64,000 bases of DNA, from NCBI GenBank assembly GCA_965203055.1, contig OZ241863.1:1408001-1472000 (forward strand), read 5' to 3'. Below are positions 44,523 through 56,459 of this stretch, in pieces; the first letter of the stretch is position 1, and every line of letters starts with the position of its first letter. The translations under genes and the position numbers were made by a program. A model generated the notes under the pieces. The model had not been told where the DNA came from. It worked only from the letters and a program-made list of their open reading frames with translations, and ran no database searches. Source of the stretch: Spirochaetia bacterium. GTDB taxonomy: Bacteria; Spirochaetota; Spirochaetia; SZUA-6; Bin103.

Positions 44523-45199
44523 GGCCCACGCCACCGCGCCCGGTGCGCCGCCCGCGCCGCGCCGCCGCCGGCCGCGGGGGCGCGCTGCTCGCGGCGCTGG
44601 CGCTGGCCATGACGCTGGGCGCCTGCGTCAGCATCGAGTCGCGCTTCGTGTTCGACGCCGACGGGTCAGGCCGATTGCGGCTGCGCTATCATCTCGACCC
44701 GGTGCTGGCGGAACTCGGCAATGCGGCCGCGCCGGGAATGGCGGCGGCGCCGGCAACGCTGCCGTTGCCGATCTCCGAGCGCGACTTCCGCACTGCCGCG
44801 GCGGGGGTCGAGGGCCTGGATCTCATCGAGTACGATCGTACCGAGGACGAGGACACGGTGGTGGTAACGGCGACGTTGCGCTTCGACCGGGTGCGGCGGC
44901 TGGCCGAGCTGCCCAGCTTCGCCGACTTGCAGCCGCGCCTTGAGGGCAGCGATCCGGTCACCTTCGAGCTGGTGATCGGCGCCGCGGCCGCGGCGCCGGC
45001 GCTGGACGCCGAGACCTGGGAACTGCTGGCCATGTTGTTCGGCGACCACGTGGTGAGCTTCGTGGTGGAAGCGCCGCGCGAGATCCGCGAGGTCAGCAGC
45101 GGCGCGTTGAGCGCAGACCGGCGCCAGGCGACCGTCACGATACCGCTGGCGCGCTACGCGGCGCAGACCGAGCGTCAGGTCCTGACGGTGCGCTGGTGA
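44519..45199 (+). CDS. Hypothetical lipoprotein (LppM-like)
   Basis: LALAMTLGAC lipobox followed by FDADGSG; ATG overlaps the upstream stop. Confidence 0.6.
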   Translation: MRPTPPRPVRRPRRAAAGRGGALLAALALAMTLGACVSIESRFVFDADGSGRLRLRYHLDPVLAELGNAAAPGMAAAPATLPLPISERDFRTAAAGVEGLDLIEYDRTEDEDTVVVTATLRFDRVRRLAELPSFADLQPRLEGSDPVTFELVIGAAAAAPALDAETWELLAMLFGDHVVSFVVEAPREIREVSSGALSADRRQATVTIPLARYAAQTERQVLTVRW

Positions 45200-45285
45200 C
45201 GGCGGCGTCGCGGCCGGCCGCCGGGCAGCCGGCCGGAGGCGCGAATCGCGGTTGCGCGCGGCGCGGCAGGCGCGGCAGCGCCGTG

Positions 45286-45317
45286 TTGACAGACTCCGCG
45301 CCGGCCGCCACTATATT
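45286..45317 (+). promoter_or_regulatory. Putative sigma70 promoter of the V-ATPase operon
   Basis: TTGACA-17 nt-CACTAT, with an overlapping TATATT. Confidence 0.45.
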
Positions 45318-45470
45318 GACATTCCCACGAGATCCTCGCAGGCGCGCCGCAGGACAACTCTGTTGCGCGCGGCTCGTACGACGGCATGGCGGCGGAGCGC
45401 GCCCCCGGCCACACCCGGCGAGTGAGGGCGTCGCCGGGCCGCAAGTAACTGAAGGGGGAGCACACCGCTC

Positions 45471-45779
45471 ATGGATGTCCTCAAGGACGTGAAGAACGCC
45501 GAAGCGGAGGCGGAGCAGATCGAGGCGCAGTACCGCCGGCGCGCCGCCGACTTGGCAGCGCGCAGCCGCGCTGACCTGGAGCGCGGGCGCCGCGAACGCC
45601 AGGCTGCCGTCGACGCCGAGTTGCAAGGGTATCGTGACGAACTGCGCCGCAAACTGGCGGCGGAGAAGAACCGCGTGCACGAAGCGGGCACCCGCGAGTT
45701 GGGGCGGCTCGAACGCCGCGCCGCGGCCCACCGCGACGCCGCGGTGGCCATCCTGCTCGACAAGCTGAACCAGCGATAG
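45471..45779 (+). CDS. V/A-type ATPase peripheral stalk subunit G/H
   Basis: Charged coiled coil (MDVLKDVKNAEAEAEQI); first gene of the operon; SD GGGGAG. Confidence 0.75.
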   Translation: MDVLKDVKNAEAEAEQIEAQYRRRAADLAARSRADLERGRRERQAAVDAELQGYRDELRRKLAAEKNRVHEAGTRELGRLERRAAAHRDAAVAILLDKLNQR

Positions 45780-45856
45780 GGTCTTCGAAGAATCGGCATG
45801 CAGGCAGCGCGCACCGCCCCCGTCGATCTCCGCAACGCCATGAACAGGCGCCGGCC

Positions 45857-47878
45857 ATGGCGATAGCCCGGCTCGTCAGGGCGCAGTTGGTGGCGCCGCG
45901 CGACGCCGTGGCGGACCTGCTGCGCTCCCTGGAACGAACGGCGCTGCTGCACGTCGACGACGTGCATGACGGCCTCCCCGAGGAGTTGGCGCAGTGGGAG
46001 CGCCGCACCGCCCTCGACACCGCGGCGGTGGATGGCACGCTGGCCGCGGCGCGCTGGATCCTCGACCTGTTTCAACGCTTCGCACCGCACAAGACCGGCT
46101 TGCTGGAGGATTTCTTCGGCTCCCCGCCGGCGGTGGACGAGGCTGAGTTCTCCGCCTTGGTGAACTCCGTGGACGTGCACGCCTACCGCGCCGAGCTGGA
46201 AGCGCGCGTGGCCGACTACGACGCGCTGGTGGCGGAGCTGGACGTGCTGCGCGAGCGCATCGCCGCGCTCACCCCGTGGGCCGAGTTGGGCGTGGACCTG
46301 GCCGCCCTCGGCCGCGGCAGCTATGCCGCGCTTACCGCGGTGCGCCTGCCGCTGGCCGCCCGCGCGCAGCTCGAGACGCTGTTGGCCGCGCGCGGCGGTC
46401 ACCTGCGCCTGGCCCCGGTCGGCGCCGCGGCCAAGGTGGCCTATGCCGTGGTGGTATCGCTGCCGGAGGATCTCGACGCGGTCGGCGCCGCGTTGCGGCA
46501 GGTGCGGGCGGAAGAGGTGGAGCTGCCCCGGCTGGACACCTCCGCCGCGGCGGCGTTGGACGCCGCCCGCGCCCGCAGCGCGGAGTTGGAACGGCGCCGC
46601 GCCGAGTTGGCCGCGGCCCTGGCGGGCGAAGCGCAGCGCCGCCGCTGGGCGCTGCAGGCGGTGGCCGACGAGTACGAGGGCCGCCGCCGCAGTCTGGACA
46701 CCCACGGGAGCATCTTCTATTCGCGCCATGCGGCGGTGATCGTCGGCTGGGTCGAAGAGAGCCGCAGCGGCGCCCTGGAGGCGCTGCTGTCCGGCCATCC
46801 GCGGGTTCGCTTCCGGCTGTCGGCGCCCGCCGCCGGCGACCGCCCCCCGGTGAAGCTCGTCAACCGCAAGCTGGTGGAGCCGTTCCAGACCCTGATCACC
46901 ATGTACGGCCTGCCGAACTACTTCGGCATCGACCCGACCCCGTTCGTGGCGGTCGCCATGACCGTGTTCTATGCCATCGCCCTGGGCGACTTCGGCTACG
47001 GCGTGCTGCAGATCCTGCTGGCGGCCTGGCTGCGGCGCCGCTTCCGGTCGGCCGGCGAGACGCGCCTGTTCCTCACCATGTTCGTATACATGGGCGCGGC
47101 GACCCTGGTGGTCGGGGTCCTGACCTGGAGCTTCTTCGGGTTTTCGCCGGGCGTCGGCGAGGATGGCAGCAAGTTCCTGGGGCTGCTGCCGCTGATCAGT
47201 CCGACGCGCGACATCATCCCGCTGATCGGCTTTGCCGTGGGCGTGGGCATATTCTTTCAGCTCGCCTCCATTACCGCCGGATTCATCAACCTGCTCAAGC
47301 GCGGCGATTGGCAGGGCGCCGTCTACGACAACCTGGCGTGGCTGGTGTTGCTGGCCGGCGGCCTGCTGGCGGTCGGCGGGATGTTCCTGGATCAGGCCGC
47401 GCTACGCGCCGCGGGAGCGGTCCTGGCGGCCGCGGGCGCGGTCACCATCGTGCTGTTCGCCGGGCGCGGCAGCGGCAACCTGGTCGCCCGCATCCTGGCG
47501 GGAGTGGTGTCGCTGTACGGCATCGTCGGCTACTACGGTCTGGTGGGCTTCTTTTCCGACGCGCTCTCCTACATGCGGCTGGCGATCCTCAACATGACGT
47601 CGGCGTTCATTGCCTTCGTGGCGCAGGTGATCGGCGGGTTGTTCCTGGGCGGCGGCTCGGTGCTGCTGGCGGTAATCGGCGCGCTGATCGGCGCGGTCAT
47701 CTTCGTGTTCTTTCATCTGCTCAACCTGGTGCTGTCGATGTTGGGCGCCTTCGTACATTCATTGCGATTGAACTATCTGGAGTCGTTTCAGCGCTATTAC
47801 CCGGAAGGGGGGAGGGCGTTTACGCCGTTCCAGCGCACGGGCCGGTTCTTCAGGCGGGCCGATAGTGAGCAGCAGTAG
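45857..47878 (+). CDS. atpI: V/A-type ATPase subunit I (a; ntpI)
   Basis: MYGLPNY..IDPT, GDFGYG, SDALSYMRLA and HSLRLNYLESF. Confidence 0.93.
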   Translation: MAIARLVRAQLVAPRDAVADLLRSLERTALLHVDDVHDGLPEELAQWERRTALDTAAVDGTLAAARWILDLFQRFAPHKTGLLEDFFGSPPAVDEAEFSALVNSVDVHAYRAELEARVADYDALVAELDVLRERIAALTPWAELGVDLAALGRGSYAALTAVRLPLAARAQLETLLAARGGHLRLAPVGAAAKVAYAVVVSLPEDLDAVGAALRQVRAEEVELPRLDTSAAAALDAARARSAELERRRAELAAALAGEAQRRRWALQAVADEYEGRRRSLDTHGSIFYSRHAAVIVGWVEESRSGALEALLSGHPRVRFRLSAPAAGDRPPVKLVNRKLVEPFQTLITMYGLPNYFGIDPTPFVAVAMTVFYAIALGDFGYGVLQILLAAWLRRRFRSAGETRLFLTMFVYMGAATLVVGVLTWSFFGFSPGVGEDGSKFLGLLPLISPTRDIIPLIGFAVGVGIFFQLASITAGFINLLKRGDWQGAVYDNLAWLVLLAGGLLAVGGMFLDQAALRAAGAVLAAAGAVTIVLFAGRGSGNLVARILAGVVSLYGIVGYYGLVGFFSDALSYMRLAILNMTSAFIAFVAQVIGGLFLGGGSVLLAVIGALIGAVIFVFFHLLNLVLSMLGAFVHSLRLNYLESFQRYYPEGGRAFTPFQRTGRFFRRADSEQQ

Positions 47879-47911
47879 CTGCGGGCCCTCAACAGGGAGG
47901 AGTGAACAACC

Positions 47912-48406
47912 ATGATTTCGTTGGGATTCGCCATCGCGATCCTTGGCGGCGGGCTCGCGGCGGGCCTGGCCGCCTACGGGTCGTCGGTGGGCGTCGGTCT
48001 GGCCGGAGAGATGGCCGGCGGGGTGATTTCGGAGGATCCGGACAAGTTCGGCTCGATGCTGATCCTGCAGGCGCTGCCGGCCACGCAGTCGATCTACGGT
48101 CTGGTGGTGGCGATTCTGGTGCTGGTCAAGTTGGAAGGCTTCAGCCCCGCGCGCATGCTGGATCTGGATCTGGCCTCCGGGCTGGCGATCTTCGCCGCCT
48201 GCGTGCCGGCCATGTTCGGGGAGCTCATCTCCTCCATCTGGCAGGGCAAGGTGGCGGTGTCGTCGATGGGCGTGGTGGCGAAGAAGCCGGACGCCTTCGG
48301 ACGCGCGGTCATCATGCCGGTGCTGGTGGAGACGTTCGGGTTGTTCGCCCTGATCGCGACGATCATCATCCTGATGGTGGTCATCGAGCTTCCCGCCGCG
48401 GCCTAG
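47912..48406 (+). CDS. atpK: V/A-type ATPase subunit K (c; ntpK), four TM helices, Na+-type
   Basis: GSSVGVG..GE, LPATQSIYG, WQGKV and VETF. Confidence 0.92.
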   Translation: MISLGFAIAILGGGLAAGLAAYGSSVGVGLAGEMAGGVISEDPDKFGSMLILQALPATQSIYGLVVAILVLVKLEGFSPARMLDLDLASGLAIFAACVPAMFGELISSIWQGKVAVSSMGVVAKKPDAFGRAVIMPVLVETFGLFALIATIIILMVVIELPAAA

Positions 48407-48419
48407 CGCGGCCGGTACC

Positions 48420-48986
48420 ATGGCCGAGAATATCGTCGACCAGATCCTGGCCGCAGCCCGCAACGCCGGCGAGCAGCTCCTCAGCGAGGCGCAGGAACGC
48501 TACGAGGCGGAGCTGCGCGCGGGCGCCGCGGAGCTGGAGCGCGAGGCCGAGGAGCAGCGCCGCCGCGGCCGGCGGCAGGCGGAGGAGGCGGCTCAGCAGG
48601 AGCTGTCCACCGCGCGCCTGGAGCAGCGCCGCAAGCTGCACACCAGCAAGCGTCGGCTGCTGGACGAAGTATACGACGCCGCGTGGCAGCGGATCACCGA
48701 AGAGGCCGGCTACCGGTCGTGGGTGGAGCGCCAGTTGCGCGCCCACGCCCGCCGCGGCGACCGGATCGTCGTGGCGGCGCGCGAACGCGACCGATTCGCC
48801 GGTAGCTTCAAGGAGCTACTTGCGGCCCACGGGGTGCGGCTTGCCGATGAAGTGGGCCGCTTCCGCGCCGGGTTCATCATCGAGCGCGGCAGCACCAGGC
48901 TGAACTGTTCGCTGGACGAGGAGTTCCGCATGCTGAAGACGGACGCCGAGATCGAGATCAGCGCTGCCCTGTTCCCGGCTGACTGA
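48420..48986 (+). CDS. atpE: V/A-type ATPase subunit E (ntpE)
   Basis: N-terminal coiled coil, C-terminal AGFII...NCS; operon position. Confidence 0.82.
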   Translation: MAENIVDQILAAARNAGEQLLSEAQERYEAELRAGAAELEREAEEQRRRGRRQAEEAAQQELSTARLEQRRKLHTSKRRLLDEVYDAAWQRITEEAGYRSWVERQLRAHARRGDRIVVAARERDRFAGSFKELLAAHGVRLADEVGRFRAGFIIERGSTRLNCSLDEEFRMLKTDAEIEISAALFPAD

Positions 48987-49000
48987 AGGGGAGCGCGCCG

Positions 49001-50068
49001 GTGCCGGAAGCCGATTACAACTACCTGTACGGGTTGCTCCGCAGCCGCGAGGGGGAGCTGATCGACGGCGCGCGGCTGCGCGCCATGGTGGGCATGCAGT
49101 CGGTGGCAGAGTTGGGGCAGATCTATCCCGACTCGCCCTTCCTGAGCGCGTTCGCGCCCGATTTCGACGAGGCGAGCCTGGAGCGCGCCATCGCGGCCGA
49201 GCAGGAGGAGCTGCGGGCGCTGCTCGACCGTTATGCGCCGGAGCCGGCGCTGCGGGAGCTGCTGCTGGTGCCGCGCGACCTGTACAACCTGAAGGTGGCC
49301 CTGCGCCTGGATGCGCAGCCCCCGCAAGAGGCGGGTGACGAGGCCGCGGCAACGGTGGATGCGCTGTTCGGGCCGCCGGGTACGCGCCGCGCGGCCGCGA
49401 TTCGCGCCGCCGCGGCGGGTGAAGGGCCGGCGCTCATCACCGCCGGCGACACCGACCGCGCCAGCCGGGCGCTGGCCGGCATCCTGCAGCGGGCGCTGGC
49501 CGCGTTCTACGCCGCCGGCCGCAACGGGCAGGCGCTGGAGTTGGCCATCGACCGCCTGAGCCGCCTGTTCCAGACCGCCACCGCCGCCGCGGCGGCGCCG
49601 GAAGTGGGCGCGGTCTACGCCGACCACGCCGCGCTGGCGGCCGGCGAGCTGCTGGCGCGCGGGCGCGCCGCCGGGCTGTCCTGGGAGGTAGCGCGCTGGG
49701 GGCTGCTGGACCTGCCCGGCCAGGCCGACCTGGAGGAACTGTACGCCGCGCCGCCGGGCGAGTGGGGCGGCCGCCTGGCCGGCTTCAGCGGCGTGCTGCG
49801 CGCGCTGCTGGCCGCGGTCGCCGGCGGCGCCGAGACCGGCGCCGCGTTGCGCGCCCAACAGGAAGCGGTCGACCGGCGCGCCGCCGCCTGGCGGTTCAGT
49901 CCGCCGTCGTTCGCGTTCGCGGTGTACTACCTGCGCAAGAAGCGGGCCGATCTGGACGCGCTGCGCCTGATCTGCCTCGCCAAGTTGAAGGGCGTGTCGG
50001 AGGCGGCGATCGGCGCCCGCGTCGGCGGCCCGTTCATGGGCTTGGCGCAGGCCGCGCCGGCGGCGTAG
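49001..50068 (+). CDS. atpC: V/A-type ATPase subunit C/d (ntpC)
   Basis: YLYGLLRSREGEL, DLYNLKVAL and YYLRKK...LRLICLAK; operon position. Confidence 0.8.
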   Translation: MPEADYNYLYGLLRSREGELIDGARLRAMVGMQSVAELGQIYPDSPFLSAFAPDFDEASLERAIAAEQEELRALLDRYAPEPALRELLLVPRDLYNLKVALRLDAQPPQEAGDEAAATVDALFGPPGTRRAAAIRAAAAGEGPALITAGDTDRASRALAGILQRALAAFYAAGRNGQALELAIDRLSRLFQTATAAAAAPEVGAVYADHAALAAGELLARGRAAGLSWEVARWGLLDLPGQADLEELYAAPPGEWGGRLAGFSGVLRALLAAVAGGAETGAALRAQQEAVDRRAAAWRFSPPSFAFAVYYLRKKRADLDALRLICLAKLKGVSEAAIGARVGGPFMGLAQAAPAA

Positions 50069-50080
50069 GAGGCAGGATCG

Positions 50081-50455
50081 ATGTCCGACCGATCGCCGGC
50101 CTCCGCTACCTACCACATCGCCATGATCGGCGACAGCTCCACGGTGCGCGGCTTCGCCGCCGGCGGCGTGCACCCCTATCCGGCCGCGGCCAGCGAGCAG
50201 GCGCTGGCCACCCTGCGCGAGCTGGTGGCCGGCGGCAAGTACGCCATCATCTTCATCACCGAGGCGCTGGCGGAGCCGATCCTGGACACCATCAGCCGCC
50301 TGCGCACCGGCGCCATCCCGGCGGTGATCGTGGTTCCCGACCAGTCCGGCGCGCGCGGCCTCGGCTTCGAGAAGACCCGCCTCGCCGTGGAACGCGCCAT
50401 CGGCATCGACCTCCTCGGCCAGACCCGCCGGCGCCAGGCCGGCGAGCAGCAGTGA
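50081..50455 (+). CDS. atpF: V/A-type ATPase subunit F (ntpG)
   Basis: IAMIGD..TVRGF..GG, YAIIFITE and VERAIGIDL. Confidence 0.9.
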   Translation: MSDRSPASATYHIAMIGDSSTVRGFAAGGVHPYPAAASEQALATLRELVAGGKYAIIFITEALAEPILDTISRLRTGAIPAVIVVPDQSGARGLGFEKTRLAVERAIGIDLLGQTRRRQAGEQQ

Positions 50456-50521
50456 GCGCGAGCGTGAGTCAATCGCCCAACGAATATGAGTGAATTATGA
50501 GTAAGGAAGGTACGAACGAAC

Positions 50522-52302
<1,781 letters not shown>

Positions 52303-52303
<1 letters not shown>

Positions 52304-53685
52304 TGATCAAGGAGTACCGCAGCGCGCGCGGCCTGGACGGGCCGCTGATGATCGTGGAAGAGGTGGAGGACGTCACCTACGGCGAGTTGGCGGACGTGGA
52401 GCTGCCGGACGGCTCGGTGCGCCGCGGGCAGGTGCTGGAGGCGGCCGCCGGGCGCGCGCTGGTGCAGCTCTTCGAGGCGCCGCAGGGAATCGCGACCAGC
52501 CTGGCGACGGTGCGGTTCACCGGCCAGCGCATGACCGCGCGCGTGTCGCGCGACATGCTGGGGCGGATTCTGAACGGCATCGGCGAACCGCTGGACGACG
52601 CCGGCGCGGTGATCCCCGAGCAGTTGCGCGACATCAACGGCTCGCCGATCAACCCCTACGCGCGCGACTTTCCATCGGAGTTCATCCAGACCGGCATCTC
52701 GGCCATCGACGGCAACCTGACGCTGGTGCGCGGCCAGAAGCTGCCGATCTTTTCCGGTTCGGGGCTGCCGCACTCGGAGCTGGCGGCGCAGATCGCGCGC
52801 CAGGCGCGGACGCTGCGCGGCGAGGAGTCGTTCGCGGTGGTGTTCGCGGCGATGGGCATCACCTTCGAGGAAGCCAACTTCTTCATGGAGGACTTTCGCC
52901 GCACCGGCGCCATCGAGCGGGCGGTGCTGTTCATCAACCTGGCCGACGACCCGGTGATCGAGCGCATCTCGATCCCGCGCGTGGCGCTGACCACCGCGGA
53001 GTACCTGGCGTTCGACTGCGACATGCACGTGCTGGTGATCCTCACCGACATGACCAACTACTGCGACGCCCTGCGCGAGATTTCGTCGGCGCGCAAGGAG
53101 GTGCCGGGGCGGCGCGCCTATCCCGGCTACATGTACACCGACCTGTCGCTGATCTACGAGCGCGCCGGGAGGATCAAGGGCAAGCGCGGCTCCATCACCC
53201 AGATTCCGATCCTGAGCATGCCGGAGGATGACAAGACCCACCCGATTCCCGACCTGACCGGGTACATCACCGAAGGGCAGGTGCTGCTGAGCCGGTCGCT
53301 GCATCGCAAGGGCCTGGAACCTCCGATCGACGTGCTGCCGTCGCTGTCGCGTCTGATGCAGAAGGGCATCGGCGAGGGCAGCACGCGCGAAGACCACTCC
53401 GGGGTGGCGAACCAGCTCTTCGCAGCCTACGCCCGCGGCGGCGACGCGCGCGAGCTGGCGGTGGTGCTCGGCGAGGCGGCGCTGACGCCGATCGACCGCC
53501 AGTACGCCGCCTTCGCCGACCAGTTCGAGCAGCGCTTCGTGAACCAGGGCTTTCAGGAGAACCGCAGCATCGAGGACACCCTCACCATCGGCTGGCAATT
53601 GCTGGAACTGCTGCCCCGCTCCGAGCTGACCCGCATCGACACCGAGCTGATCGACAAGTACCTCGGCACCCCGGAAGCAACGTAG
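52303..53685 (+). CDS. atpB: V/A-type ATPase subunit B (ntpB)
   Basis: [30 protein letters not shown] and [15 protein letters not shown]. Confidence 0.97.
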
Positions 53686-53694
53686 GAATGAAGC

Positions 53695-54225
53695 ATGGGG
53701 CATGACTGTTCGGAGGTGAGTACGAGACATAGGATGATCGACAACTTCGCCGCATGGACTGCCAAGTTAGCAGCCGGTCCTAGCAGGCACCGGGTTTGTT
53801 CCGCTCTCGAGAAGATCGACTTCCAACAGGTTCTATGCAATGAAGGACCGATCGATAAGCAGGAATTCGATCAATGGCATGAAGCGCAAGTGCAGAGGTT
53901 CGGAAACGAAGCCAAGTGCTCGATCGGATGGGCCGCAAAGATCATCAACGTGTATCTCAAGACCCAGTGCTACGTGGGCGGGCGCGGACGTAAGGGGCTG
54001 GATGAGGTAATCCACCCACCGTTCGGCCCTGTTATGATTAGAACACTGAAGGAAAAGTATCCAGAGTTCAACGATCTAATGGGAGGACGCAATAGGGGAT
54101 TTTCGCTCAATGGAGTCGAGCGTTATTCCTGCTATCAGCAGATTATCGAATCACTCGCGTCGATCGCCAGGCAAGAGCGCTGCAAGCTGATTGAAATGGG
54201 GCAGCACTGGAATTGCTGTGAATAA
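53695..54225 (+). CDS. Hypothetical protein inserted between atpB and atpD
   Basis: 176-aa ORF with visibly lower GC and different codon usage; contains FDQWHE, GWAAKIINVYLK and IHPP. Start may be 53734. Confidence 0.7.
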   Translation: MGHDCSEVSTRHRMIDNFAAWTAKLAAGPSRHRVCSALEKIDFQQVLCNEGPIDKQEFDQWHEAQVQRFGNEAKCSIGWAAKIINVYLKTQCYVGGRGRKGLDEVIHPPFGPVMIRTLKEKYPEFNDLMGGRNRGFSLNGVERYSCYQQIIESLASIARQERCKLIEMGQHWNCCE

Positions 54226-54310
54226 TGCGTTTGCCGTCCCTATCTCTGACCACTGGAAGGTTCGATTGCAGACCGCTGAAGCTAAGGCCAAGTCGATGGG
54301 GGCGTAAAGA

Positions 54311-54931
54311 ATGGCTACCGTAGCGGTCAGTCCGAACCGTATGGAGCTGCTGCGGATGAAGAAGAAGCAGCAGTTCGCGCAGCGCGGCCACAAGCTGTTG
54401 AAGGACAAGCTGGAAGGGCTGCTCAAGGACTTCACCGGTATCGTGCAGGAGTACGCGGTGCTGCGCGGCCAGGTGGACAGCGAGCTCGGCGAGTTGTTCC
54501 AGCAGTTCATCGTGGCGTCGGCGTCGATGCCGGCGGAGGTGTACCGCAGCGCGCTGGCGTTCCCGGAGTGCGAGGCGGAGCTGACCATGACCGAGAAGCT
54601 GATCATGAACGTGCGCGTACCGGTGTTTTCGTTCGCCATCGAGGGCAACCTGCTCTCCTACGGCACCGACGGCACCGTGGTGGAGCTGGATCAGGCGATC
54701 GTCCGCCTCAAGGAGGTGTTGGAGCGTCTGGTCAAGCTGGCCGAAGCAGAGAAGACCATCGAGCTGGTGGCCGACGAGATCGAGAAGACCCGCCGCCGCG
54801 TCAACGCCCTGGAGTACGTCCTCATCCCGCAGCAGGCCGAGACCATCCGCGTGATCTCCTCCAAGCTGGAGGAGCTGGAGCGCGGCAACATCACCCGCCT
54901 GATGCGCATCAAGCAACTCCTCGCCATGTAG
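54311..54931 (+). CDS. atpD: V/A-type ATPase subunit D (ntpD)
   Basis: PNRMELL, RGHKLLKDK and EIEKTRRRVNALE...LEELER. Confidence 0.95.
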   Translation: MATVAVSPNRMELLRMKKKQQFAQRGHKLLKDKLEGLLKDFTGIVQEYAVLRGQVDSELGELFQQFIVASASMPAEVYRSALAFPECEAELTMTEKLIMNVRVPVFSFAIEGNLLSYGTDGTVVELDQAIVRLKEVLERLVKLAEAEKTIELVADEIEKTRRRVNALEYVLIPQQAETIRVISSKLEELERGNITRLMRIKQLLAM

Positions 54932-55007
54932 GAGCGGCGCGCCGCCCGCGATGCTCGCATCGGGATTGGTGGCTATCGCCGGCCGGCGTCACTATATTGA
55001 CGGCGGC

Positions 55008-56459
55008 ATGAAGATGAATCCGTCTGCGTGGGTCACGATCCACGATTACCGTACCGGTGGGCCGCAACGTTCGTCGCCTGGGGACCGGACCTCGCCGGGA
55101 CTGGCCGGTCGGGCGCTCGCGGCGGCCGCTCTGTTGCTGGCCGCCGCGCCGGCGGCACTGGCTCAGGACGCGGGCGCCGGCGAGTCGGGCGTCCCGGCGT
55201 GCGACGGCGGCAAGACCGCCATGCGCGTGGTCGACGACATGATGCAGGCCTGGAAGGTCGAGAATCCGACCGTCCGCTCGCTGCGGCAGCGCAACGTCAG
55301 CGTGATCGAGGGGCTGGCCGAAATCGGCGTGCACGTGGACCACGGCGACTGGGGAAAGGCGCGGGCGTTGGCCTACACCCGAGCCTACCTGGACGCGATG
55401 GGCGCGTTCGTGCGCCAGACCAACGAAGAGATCACCACCGAGACGGTCCGCGACCTGCTGCAGGACGAGACGTCCATCGCCTTCGAGGCGAACGAGGATG
55501 CGGCCTCCTATCTGGAACGGATCGCGGAGAAGGAAGCGCTGCTCGCGGAGATGAAGCTCGATCAGGAGCTCAAGGAGGCCGGCATGAGCGACGACGATCT
55601 CGCGCGGCTGTCGGTCCGGGAGAAGATCCCCCGGTACCGCGATGCGCTTGCCCGTGAGGTCACCTCCCGCGCGTTCGGGCGGGCGTCCGGCCTCGTTCCC
55701 ATCAAGACGTTCGAGGCGATCGACTGCGACGGCAACTCGTCGGTTGGGGTGATCGCCGTGTTCTCGACCCGCATGCGCGAGCTGGCGCAGCGGATTCAGG
55801 ACGGCGATGCGATTCGGCCCGACCCGGACCGGGGCGGCGTTTCGCTCGGCGACCGGATCGGCGCGCTGTCGGACGAAGACCTGGTAACGGAATTCGGGGT
55901 CCGCAGATGGTGGGACGAGGACGGCTACCCGGTCATCGTCTCGTTCGGCCAATGGGGCTGGTCGACTAAGGCGCTGAGCGCCGCCCAGCGGGACCGCCGC
56001 TACCGGTTCGCCAGGAACCAGGCGGCGCTCCAGGCCAAGAGCTCCCTGGCGGAGTTCGTCACGGTCAACGCGCAGTTCACTTCGTCGAGTTTCGTGGGCG
56101 CCGCCGTCGAGGAGGCGGTCGAAGTTGGCGCCGACGGGTTTCACGAGTACGTAGCGGGAACGAACATCGCGGACCGGATGGTCGAGGAAGCCAGGACCAG
56201 GTCGACGGTGCAGCTCACCGGGCTCGACATCCTGCGCACCTGGTCGGCGCGGCATCCGGTGGCGGAGCACCAGGAACTGACCGGGGCCGTCGCCTACTGG
56301 TCGCCGGCGCGGGAAGATGCGGTGCGCGCCAGCCTCGGACTGGAGGCCAGGCATCCGGCGCCGGAACCTGAGCCCGCGCCGGCTCCCGAAGCGGAGTCGA
56401 GACCGACCGCGAGCGGCACCGCGCAGAGCAAGGATCTGATGGATGCAAGCGACTTCTGA
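55008..56459 (+). CDS. Secreted hypothetical protein (LPP20-like; possibly DUF6844-like)
   Basis: Signal peptide ALAAAALLLAAAPAALA-Q; two 'A...A...A...F' helices resembling LPP20; coupled to the downstream CsgG-like gene. Family call is from recall only. Confidence 0.6.
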   Translation: MKMNPSAWVTIHDYRTGGPQRSSPGDRTSPGLAGRALAAAALLLAAAPAALAQDAGAGESGVPACDGGKTAMRVVDDMMQAWKVENPTVRSLRQRNVSVIEGLAEIGVHVDHGDWGKARALAYTRAYLDAMGAFVRQTNEEITTETVRDLLQDETSIAFEANEDAASYLERIAEKEALLAEMKLDQELKEAGMSDDDLARLSVREKIPRYRDALAREVTSRAFGRASGLVPIKTFEAIDCDGNSSVGVIAVFSTRMRELAQRIQDGDAIRPDPDRGGVSLGDRIGALSDEDLVTEFGVRRWWDEDGYPVIVSFGQWGWSTKALSAAQRDRRYRFARNQAALQAKSSLAEFVTVNAQFTSSSFVGAAVEEAVEVGADGFHEYVAGTNIADRMVEEARTRSTVQLTGLDILRTWSARHPVAEHQELTGAVAYWSPAREDAVRASLGLEARHPAPEPEPAPAPEAESRPTASGTAQSKDLMDASDF

